The notes under the pieces were generated by a model that saw nothing but the letters and a program-made list of their open reading frames with translations, ran no database searches and was not told where the DNA came from. This document shows positions 55,787 to 64,000 of a stretch of 64,000 bases of DNA, piece after piece. Source of the stretch: Acidobacteriota bacterium (GTDB lineage: Bacteria > Actinomycetota > Acidimicrobiia > Acidimicrobiales > CADCSY01); the NCBI GenBank assembly GCA_019510095.1, contig JAEKLB010000021.1, forward strand, positions 872 to 64,871. Direction: 5' to 3'. The translations under genes were made by a program, and so were the position numbers. Within the stretch, counting starts at the first letter, position 1. Every line of letters begins with the position of its first letter.

Positions 55787-56067
55787 AGCTCGCCGATTTC
55801 CAGGACCTGATGGCACGGACCTACGGCGACCGTGACCGCGCTCGCGGACCAGCGGCCACGGTGGCCTGGCTCACCGAGGAGCTGGGCGAGCTGGCCCAGG
55901 CAGTGCGCAAGGGCGACGACGACTCCCGGTTGCACGAGCTCGGCGATGTGCTGGCCTGGCTTGCTTCGCTGGCGGCCCAGCTCGGCCTGTCGCTCGAGGA
56001 GGCCGCCCATCGCTATGCCGCCGGCTGCCCCAAGTGCCACGCCATCCCGTGCGGGTGCCCCGCCTGA
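55783..56067 (+). CDS. MazG-like nucleotide pyrophosphohydrolase (small form)
   Basis: 'FQDLMARTYGDRDRARG...EELGELAQAVRKG...ELGDVLAWLASLA', C-terminal 'CPKCHAIPCGC'. Confidence 0.75.
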   Translation: MELADFQDLMARTYGDRDRARGPAATVAWLTEELGELAQAVRKGDDDSRLHELGDVLAWLASLAAQLGLSLEEAAHRYAAGCPKCHAIPCGCPA

Positions 56068-56085
56068 GGCGAGTTCTGGAGCCTC

Positions 56086-56104
56086 AGTCCCGGCAACCGG
56101 GACT
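56086..56104. terminator. Short GC hairpin between convergent MazG-like gene and asd
   Basis: AGTCCCGG-caa-CCGGGACT. Confidence 0.3.
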
Positions 56105-56128
56105 CGGACAGCGGAGCTCGGGAAGTGG

Positions 56129-57238
<1,110 letters not shown>

Positions 57239-58453
57239 TCAGTCGCCGAGCTCGAAGGCGCCGTGGAGGGCAAGGACCGCCTCTTCGACCTGGGCCGCCG
57301 CGACCACGCAGGTGATGCGGATCGGCGAGGTGGAGATCATCTCGATGTTGATCCCGTGCTCGGCCAGGGTCTCGAACACGGTGGCGCTCACCCCGGGGTG
57401 GGTCTTCATGCCCGCACCCACCACCGAGACCTTGGCGATGGTGTCGTCGGTGAGCACCGCGGCGGCCGAGATCTCGCCGGCGTGGTCCTGGCACACGTTC
57501 ACTGCGGCTGGGAGATCGGTCTTCGGCACGGTGAAGGAGATGTCGGTCGTCCCGTCCTGGGAGACGTTCTGCACGATCATGTCGAGGTTGACGTTCTCGT
57601 CGGCCAGCGAGCGGAACAGGCGAGCGGCGATGCCCGGCTTGTCCGGCACACGGGTCACCGTGATCTTGGCCTCCGACGTGTCGTGGGTGACCGCCGAGAT
57701 GACGGGCTGCTCCATGGCGGGATCCTCCTCGCGCACCCATGTGCCCGGCTCCCAGCTGAAGCTGGAGCGGACGTGGATGGGTACGCCGTGGTTGCGGGCG
57801 AACTCGACGGCTCGGAAGGCGACGACACCACTGCCGGTGGCGGTGATCTCGAGCATCTCCTCGAAGCTGACCTGGGCCAAGCGGCGGGCATCGGGCACGA
57901 CCCGGGGGTCGGCAGTGAAGACCCCGGGCACGTCGCTGTACTTCTCGCAGGCGTCGGCACCGAGGGCGGCGGCCAAGGCGACCGCGGTGGTGTCGGAGCC
58001 GCCCCGGCCGAGCGTGGTGACGTCGTTGTCGGTCGACACGCCCTGAAAGCCGGCGACGACCGGCACCTTGCCGGCGGCCAGGCACTGCCGCAAGCGGTCG
58101 CCCTTGACCTCGAGGATCCGGGCCCTGGTGTGGAAGGTGTCGGTGATGATCCCGGCTTGGCTGCCGGTGAACGAGTCGGCCGGGATGCCGAGGTCGTGGA
58201 GGGCCATGCACAGCAGGGCCATGGCCTTGCGCTCGCCGGCGCTGAGGAGCATGTCCATCTCCCGCCCCGGCAGCGTGGTCGACACCTGCCCGGCGAGGTG
58301 GATCAGCTCATCGGTCTCCTTGCCCATGGCGCTGACGACGACCACGACCTGATCGCCCCGCCGGCGGGTCCGGGCGACGTGGTCGGCGACGGCGCGCAGC
58401 CGCTCGGGATCGGCGACCGACGTGCCGCCGAACTTCTGGACGACGAGCGACAT
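57239..58453 (-). CDS. ask: Aspartate kinase
   Basis: '[13 protein letters not shown]', 'VVVVSAMG', '[10 protein letters not shown]', two C-terminal ACT domains. Confidence 0.95.
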   Translation of the reverse strand: MSLVVQKFGGTSVADPERLRAVADHVARTRRRGDQVVVVVSAMGKETDELIHLAGQVSTTLPGREMDMLLSAGERKAMALLCMALHDLGIPADSFTGSQAGIITDTFHTRARILEVKGDRLRQCLAAGKVPVVAGFQGVSTDNDVTTLGRGGSDTTAVALAAALGADACEKYSDVPGVFTADPRVVPDARRLAQVSFEEMLEITATGSGVVAFRAVEFARNHGVPIHVRSSFSWEPGTWVREEDPAMEQPVISAVTHDTSEAKITVTRVPDKPGIAARLFRSLADENVNLDMIVQNVSQDGTTDISFTVPKTDLPAAVNVCQDHAGEISAAAVLTDDTIAKVSVVGAGMKTHPGVSATVFETLAEHGINIEMISTSPIRITCVVAAAQVEEAVLALHGAFELGD

Positions 58454-58505
58454 TGGGGGTGAGACGGTACCAGCGGCACCTGCCGACCCCTTCGTCGGTT
58501 TGGCG

Positions 58506-59033
58506 CTACGCCACCGTGATGAGCGCGTTGGTCGGCGCGGAGAGGGCCCCCCATTGGCCGAGCTGGGCGACGAGGTCGGCCTCGTCCATCTGGAGCATGG
58601 ACGCCAGCGCCCGCACGTCGTCGTGCCGGATCGAGAGGACGCGGCCGTTCCAGTCGCCCCGGTCGAGCACGATCGACTTGGCGTAGCGGAGGATGGGACC
58701 GGCCTCGTCGGCCGCTGCCTCGAGGGCCACCAGGTCGAGGATGACCTTGGCGGGCAGCTTGGCCTTGCCGTCGTCGTCCCTGACGTCGACCTCGCCGAGC
58801 AGCATGGCCATCGGCACGTCGTAGAACTCGGCCAGCTCACGCAGTCGGGGCAGGCTCAGGTTCCGGAAGCCCCGCTCGTAGGCGCCCACCGCGGAGGCGC
58901 TCCAGCGCCCACCGGATGCCCGCTCGACGTCGTCGAGGGACATGCGCCGCTGGCGACGCACGGCCCGCAGCCGGACCCCGACCTCGCGGGAGAACGGCAG
59001 CCCCGACTCGGTGGACTCGCTCGCCTCGTTCAT
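58506..59033 (-). CDS. XRE-family HTH regulator with uncharacterised C-terminal domain
   Basis: '[23 protein letters not shown]...[28 protein letters not shown]'. Confidence 0.75.
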   Translation of the reverse strand: MNEASESTESGLPFSREVGVRLRAVRRQRRMSLDDVERASGGRWSASAVGAYERGFRNLSLPRLRELAEFYDVPMAMLLGEVDVRDDDGKAKLPAKVILDLVALEAAADEAGPILRYAKSIVLDRGDWNGRVLSIRHDDVRALASMLQMDEADLVAQLGQWGALSAPTNALITVA

Positions 59034-59144
59034 GGCCCGAGAACTTCGACGCGTCGTGTCCGATTCCTCTCCGGATCGGACGGAACGTGCGGAAGCGCCC
59101 CCTGACCAGGACGGAACGCAGGGGGACCGGTAGCGTCGCATCCC

Positions 59145-60308
59145 GTGCCCACGGAGAAGCGGACGCGCAAGCGCGAAGGCAGGCAGGTCCGACTGGCCCA
59201 GGTGCGGGCGGCCGAAATGCGGGCCCGGAGGCGGCGCCAGTTCTTCCTCGTCGCCGGTGGCCTGGTCGCCCTTTTCGCCGTCTTCGTGGTGATCGCCGTC
59301 ACCGGCAAGGACGACAAGAACAAGACGGTCTCGACGACCGCGAGCTCGACCACGACCACGGTGAAGAAGGGCCTGGTGAAGCCCAGGGTCACGGTGCCCG
59401 ACGGCCCGGCGCCCACGAGCCTGAAGATCGACGACCTCAAGGAGGGCACCGGCCCCGCGGTCAAGGCCGGCGACAAGGTCGACGTGCAGTACGTCGGGGT
59501 CAACTACCGCACCAAGAAGGAGTTCGACTCCTCGTACGACCGCGGCGACGAGCCCTTCTCCTTCACCGTCGGCGAGGGTGAGGTCATCAAAGGCTGGGAC
59601 CAGGGCCTCGTCGGCATGAAGAAGGGCGGTCGGCGCCAGCTGATCGTCCCCGGCGACCTGGCCTATGGCAAGGACGGGGCCGGCGCCGAGATCGGCCCCA
59701 ACGACACGCTCGTGTTCGTGATCGACCTCGAGAAGATCGACAACAGCGGCTTCAAGTACGGCACCGCCGCCTGCCCACCGCGCTTGCGCCCAAAGCAGGC
59801 GCCGGCGAAGTTCGCCGACTCGCCCAAGCGGTGCACGGCCGAGGGCTCGAGCCCGAAGGCCTACGTCACCACCAGTGAAGGCCAGTTCGTCGTCCAGCTC
59901 GACGGAGCGAAGGCGCCCGGCACGGTCAACAACTTCATCTTCCTCACCGGCTGGGCCTGGTACGACCACAACGCCATCACCCGAGTGGTTCCCGGCTTCG
60001 TGATCCAGGGCGGTGGCACCACCGGTCGTGAGAGCACCGGCTACACCATCCCCGACGAGCTGCCGAAGTCGATGAAGGAGTACACCAAGTACACGGTGGC
60101 CATGGCCAACACCGGCAAGCCCGACACCGGCGCCGGCCAGTGGTTCGTGTGCCTCGACTGCTCGAAGCTGCCCGGTCCCGACTACACGATCTTCGGCAAG
60201 GTCGTCGAGGGGATGGACGTGGTCGACAAGATCGCAGCCCTCGGCACCCCCGGCAGCGACGGCCCCCCGTCGAAGCCGGTCGAGATCCAGGGCGTCGACA
60301 TCATCTGA
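59145..60308 (+). CDS. Membrane-anchored dual peptidyl-prolyl isomerase: FKBP domain fused to cyclophilin domain
   Basis: Basic N-terminus plus TM 'FFLVAGGLVALFAVFVVIAV'. FKBP 'VDVQYVGVNY...FSFTVGEGEVIKGWDQGLVGMKKGGRRQLIVP'. Cyclophilin 'ITRVVPGFVIQGGG...VAMANTGKPDTGAGQWFV...IFGKVVEGMDVVDKI'. Confidence 0.85.
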   Translation: MPTEKRTRKREGRQVRLAQVRAAEMRARRRRQFFLVAGGLVALFAVFVVIAVTGKDDKNKTVSTTASSTTTTVKKGLVKPRVTVPDGPAPTSLKIDDLKEGTGPAVKAGDKVDVQYVGVNYRTKKEFDSSYDRGDEPFSFTVGEGEVIKGWDQGLVGMKKGGRRQLIVPGDLAYGKDGAGAEIGPNDTLVFVIDLEKIDNSGFKYGTAACPPRLRPKQAPAKFADSPKRCTAEGSSPKAYVTTSEGQFVVQLDGAKAPGTVNNFIFLTGWAWYDHNAITRVVPGFVIQGGGTTGRESTGYTIPDELPKSMKEYTKYTVAMANTGKPDTGAGQWFVCLDCSKLPGPDYTIFGKVVEGMDVVDKIAALGTPGSDGPPSKPVEIQGVDII

Positions 60309-60329
60309 CCCCCCGCCAGCCCCTCGTGA

Positions 60330-60983
60330 TCAGGGGAGGGCGGAGAGGTCGCGCTCGACGCCGGCCACGAACACGCGCACGATGCCCCTGCCGGCGGTGC
60401 GCCAGGCACCGTCGGGGTCACGGATGAGCGCGGTGGCATCGGGCACCGCGGCGAGGGCGAGCGTGCCGTGGGCGAGCTGCAGCGTGCGCTTGTGGCCCTC
60501 AGCCACGTCGCGTTCGGCATGGGGCAGCACGGAGAGGTCGTTGACCAGGCCGAGGCCCATGGTGAAGGCGCCCCCGCGAGGGTCGACCATCGGGTCGCAG
60601 AGGGCGGTGGCCGCCTCGCCGGCGCCGGCGACGACGGCACCGTCGGTCCACGCCGCATGCAGCGCCTCCCAGAGCGGCGTCTCCTTCAGCACCGACCGGA
60701 GGTGCAGGGGCGACGACCCGGCGAGGTAGATGAAGCGGGCCGCTCGCACGATGGCCGCGTTGGCCGGGTCGAGGGCGGCCGGGCGTTGCAGCACCGGGAC
60801 CTCGCGGACGTTGGCGCCGAGGCCCTTGAACCACTCGGTGGCCGTGGCCAGCACCTTGGCCGGGTTGGAGAACGCGGCCGCCGCCGGCACCACGACGACC
60901 TCGGTGCCGCCACTGGCCGCGAGCAGCTCGGCGTCGAACTCGCAGCCGGCCGCGAACTCGCCCCCGCCAATGAGCCCGAGCAT
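60330..60983 (-). CDS. Peptidase S51 / cyanophycinase-like (class I glutamine-amidotransferase-like fold) protein
   Basis: 'MLGLIGGGEF', 'IYLAGSSPLHL'. The expected nucleophile elbow reads 'VVAGAGEAATAL' (no Ser). Alternative starts at 60992 and 61010. Confidence 0.65.
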   Translation of the reverse strand: MLGLIGGGEFAAGCEFDAELLAASGGTEVVVVPAAAAFSNPAKVLATATEWFKGLGANVREVPVLQRPAALDPANAAIVRAARFIYLAGSSPLHLRSVLKETPLWEALHAAWTDGAVVAGAGEAATALCDPMVDPRGGAFTMGLGLVNDLSVLPHAERDVAEGHKRTLQLAHGTLALAAVPDATALIRDPDGAWRTAGRGIVRVFVAGVERDLSALP

Positions 60984-61008
60984 GCCTGTCACGGGGCAGG
61001 ATCCTTTC

Positions 61009-61680
61009 ATGCTCCTCGAGCCGCCGGGGTGTCCCTGGGCCTTCCCGCGGCCGTCGGAGGCCGACGAGGACGGGCTGGTCTGCATCGGCGGTGACCTCGA
61101 GCCCGGCACCCTCCTCGCCGCCTACCGCGCCGGCCTGTTCCCAATGCCGATCGGCCGGCGGGGCGAGGGAGCGATCGGCTGGTGGTCGCCCGATCCGCGC
61201 GGCGTGCTCCCCCTCGACCAGCTGCGGGTGACCCGGTCGCTGCGGCGGTCGGTGGGGCGCTACGAGGTCACCGTCGACCACGACTTCACGGCGGTGATGA
61301 CCGCGTGCGCCGAACCATCCCGCGCCGGCGGGTGGATCTCCCAGCCGTTCATCGATGCCTACTCCCGACTGCACGACCTCGGCTGGGCCCACAGCGTGGA
61401 GACGTGGCTCGAGGGCGAGCTGGTGGGCGGGCTCTACGGCGTCGCCATCGGTGGCCTCTTCGCCGGCGAGTCGATGTTCTCGACCGCGACCGACGCGTCG
61501 AAGGTGGCGCTGGTCCGGCTGGTCGACGGCCTACGGGTCGGCGGTGTGGTGCTGCTCGACGTCCAGTGGCGAACCGACCATCTCGCCACCCTCGGCGCGA
61601 TCGACCTTCCCCGCCGCGACTACCTCACACTGCTGGCCGACGCCGTCGCTCGGCCCCAGCTACAGCTCGAGCTGGCCTAG
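61009..61680 (+). CDS. aat: Leucyl/phenylalanyl-tRNA--protein transferase
   Basis: 'LLAAYRAGLFPM', 'WWSPDPRGVL', 'GGLYGVAIGGLFAGESMFS'. AGGA lies 7 nt upstream of ATG 61009. Alternative ATG at 60982. Confidence 0.8.
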   Translation: MLLEPPGCPWAFPRPSEADEDGLVCIGGDLEPGTLLAAYRAGLFPMPIGRRGEGAIGWWSPDPRGVLPLDQLRVTRSLRRSVGRYEVTVDHDFTAVMTACAEPSRAGGWISQPFIDAYSRLHDLGWAHSVETWLEGELVGGLYGVAIGGLFAGESMFSTATDASKVALVRLVDGLRVGGVVLLDVQWRTDHLATLGAIDLPRRDYLTLLADAVARPQLQLELA

Positions 61681-61856
61681 AACCAGCTGGGCCGGTCGCG
61701 GCGGGCGGCGATCGGCTTGCTCCACCAGCGCCCGCTGAACCGCCAGCGCGGCGTCTCGTCGGCCGCGACCATGGCGATGGCGCGGGGCCAGAGCGCCTCG
61801 ACGGCAGCCACGATCGCAGCTGCCTCCTCGTCGGTGGGGACGGGGCGGACGTCCAT
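61677..61856 (-). CDS. Acyl-CoA carboxylase epsilon subunit
   Basis: 59 aa. 'PTDEEAAAIVAAVEALW...RWRFSGRWW'. TGATG junction with the beta-subunit gene. Confidence 0.6.
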   Translation of the reverse strand: MDVRPVPTDEEAAAIVAAVEALWPRAIAMVAADETPRWRFSGRWWSKPIAARRDRPSWF

Positions 61857-63400
61857 CAGAGCGGGACGTTGCCGTGCTTGCGCTTCGGGAGCTCCTCGCG
61901 CTTGGTGCGCAGCATGCGGAAGCCGGCGATCAGCTTGATGCGGGTGTCGGCGGGGTCGATCACGTCGTCGATGAAGCCGCGCTCGGCCGCGTTGTAGGGA
62001 TTGGCGAACTGCTCGGTGTACTCCTCGACCAGCTCGGCCCGCCGGGCCTTGGGGTCGGCCGCCTGCTGGAGCTCGCGCCGGTAGACGATGTCGACGGCGC
62101 CGTCGGGCCCCATCACCGCCAACTCGGCCGAGGGCCAGGCAAACGCCAGGTCGGCACCCACGGACTTCGAGTTCATGACGACGTAGGCACCGCCGTAGGC
62201 CTTGCGGGTGATGACCTGGATGCGGGGCACCGTCGACTCGCAGAAGGCGTAGAGCAGCTTGGCGCCGTGGCGGATGATGCCGCCGTACTCCTGGTCGACA
62301 CCGGGCAGGAAGCCCGGCACGTCGACGAAGGCGACGATCGGGATGTTGAAGGCGTCGCACGTGCGCACGAAGCGGGCGGCCTTCTCCGACGAGTCGATGT
62401 CGAGCACGCCGGCCAGGATCTGGGGCTGGTTGCCGACGACACCGACCACGTGGCCGTCGAGTCGGGCGAAACCACAGACGATCGAGGCGGCCCACTTGGC
62501 CGAGTACTCGAAGAACTCGCCGTCGTCGACCACCGCCTGGACGACCTTGCGCATGTCGTAGGGCTTGTTGGGGCTGTCGGGCATGAGCTCGAGCAGCTCA
62601 GGACAGCGGCGCTCGGGATCGTCGCCGGTCTCGAAATGAGGTGCTTCCTCGAGGTTGTTCGACGGCAGGAACGACAGGAGGTAGCGCACCTGGTCGAGGC
62701 ACGACTTGTCGTCGGCGGCCATGTACGTGGCCACGCCCGTCTTGCTGGCGTGGGTGGACGCGCCGCCGAGCTCCTCCTGGGTGACGTCCTCACCGGTGAC
62801 GGTCTTCACCACGTCGGGGCCGGTGATGAACATGTAGCTGGTCTGGTCGACCATGAAGATGAAGTCGGTGAGCGCCGGGCTGTAGACCGCGCCACCGGCG
62901 CAGGGTCCCATGATCACGCTGATCTGGGGGATGACGCCCGAGGCCTGCACGTTCCGGTAGAAGATCCCACCGAACGACGAGAGCGAGCCGACGCCCTCCT
63001 GGATGCGGGCGCCGCCGCCGTCGTTGAGGCCGATGAGGGGCGCCCCGACCGAGACGGCGAGGTCCATGACCTTGTGGATCTTCTCGCCGTAGACCTCGCC
63101 CAGCGATCCGCCGAACAGGGTGAAGTCCTGGGAGAACACGAACACCTTGCGGCCGTCGACCGTGCCCCAGCCGGTGATGACGCCGTCGGTGTAGGGACGG
63201 TCGCCGTCGCCCCGGCCCCGGGCGAGCATGTCGAGCTCGTGGAACGAGCCGTCGTCGAGGAAGTAGTCGATGCGCTCCCGGGCCAGCATCTTGCCCCGGT
63301 CGTGCTGGCGCTGGATCGACGCCTCGGTGCCCGGTTGAAGGGCGGCTTCCTTGCGCTTGGCGAGCTCGTCAAGGCGCTCGCGCAACGGGTGTTCGGTCAC
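61856..63400 (-). CDS. Acyl-CoA (propionyl-CoA) carboxylase carboxyltransferase beta subunit
   Basis: 'GKMLARERIDYFLD', 'GGSLGE', 'LNDGGGARIQEG', 'GPCAGGAVYSPALTDF', 'RKAYGGAY'. GTG at 63400. Confidence 0.92.
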   Translation of the reverse strand: MTEHPLRERLDELAKRKEAALQPGTEASIQRQHDRGKMLARERIDYFLDDGSFHELDMLARGRGDGDRPYTDGVITGWGTVDGRKVFVFSQDFTLFGGSLGEVYGEKIHKVMDLAVSVGAPLIGLNDGGGARIQEGVGSLSSFGGIFYRNVQASGVIPQISVIMGPCAGGAVYSPALTDFIFMVDQTSYMFITGPDVVKTVTGEDVTQEELGGASTHASKTGVATYMAADDKSCLDQVRYLLSFLPSNNLEEAPHFETGDDPERRCPELLELMPDSPNKPYDMRKVVQAVVDDGEFFEYSAKWAASIVCGFARLDGHVVGVVGNQPQILAGVLDIDSSEKAARFVRTCDAFNIPIVAFVDVPGFLPGVDQEYGGIIRHGAKLLYAFCESTVPRIQVITRKAYGGAYVVMNSKSVGADLAFAWPSAELAVMGPDGAVDIVYRRELQQAADPKARRAELVEEYTEQFANPYNAAERGFIDDVIDPADTRIKLIAGFRMLRTKREELPKRKHGNVPL

Positions 63401-63410
63401 GAGGGCGAGG

Positions 63411-64000
<590 letters not shown>

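Noticed and set aside
58454-58505. Lysine riboswitch or leader upstream of aspartate kinase.
   Set aside because: The gap is only 52 nt and has no L-box-like helices, so it is too short for a riboswitch.

Overview
This is a gene-dense, very GC-rich chromosomal segment, with third codon positions almost all G/C. It is most consistent with a high-GC actinobacterium: it has a WhiB-family regulator, a paired ArsA/Get3-like ATPase + WhiB + class A PBP neighbourhood, an F420-type LLM oxidoreductase, ask-asd and GlnR-type operator motifs. All calls come from reading the ORF translations and the DNA by eye; no similarity search was run.

Main blocks:
- **1-10.3 kb:** an SftH/MrfA-like helicase, then a minus-strand Tad/Flp pilus operon (tadZ-tadA-tadB-tadC-flp-tadE). 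Its 3' end is unusually occupied by a sortase translationally coupled to a secreted FN3 surface protein. A divergent FG-GAP propeller protein follows.
- **10.4-34 kb:** a nitrogen-scavenging region with nadE, divergent GSII/GSI glutamine synthetases, an atypical OmpR-type (GlnR-like) regulator, urtABCDE-ureABCFGD and formamidase. It is interrupted by a small Fe-S module (SufR-like regulator-erpA, and Mrp/ApbC).
- **34-41 kb:** a catalytically degenerate HtrA-like protein, PBP1A, WhiB, NfeD and two ArsA-like ATPases.
- **41-64 kb:** tRNA-Pro, an ECF42-type sigma module, DinB, an orphan Ku, allophanate hydrolase, a P450, lgt, asd-ask, a membrane-anchored FKBP+cyclophilin fusion, aat, and accE-pccB.

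Non-genic structure:
- a REP-like palindromic element in three full copies plus one 13-nt fragment;
- several long GC hairpins that share a CGTTCT...AGAACG base;
- 11-bp-phased GlnR-like boxes upstream of nitrogen genes;
- extremely compact divergent gene junctions, including start codons that overlap on a shared CATG.

No CRISPR array, rRNA, transposase or integrase was seen. The best candidate for something undescribed is the Tad-sortase-FN3 hybrid operon, but that is an inference from gene order only.
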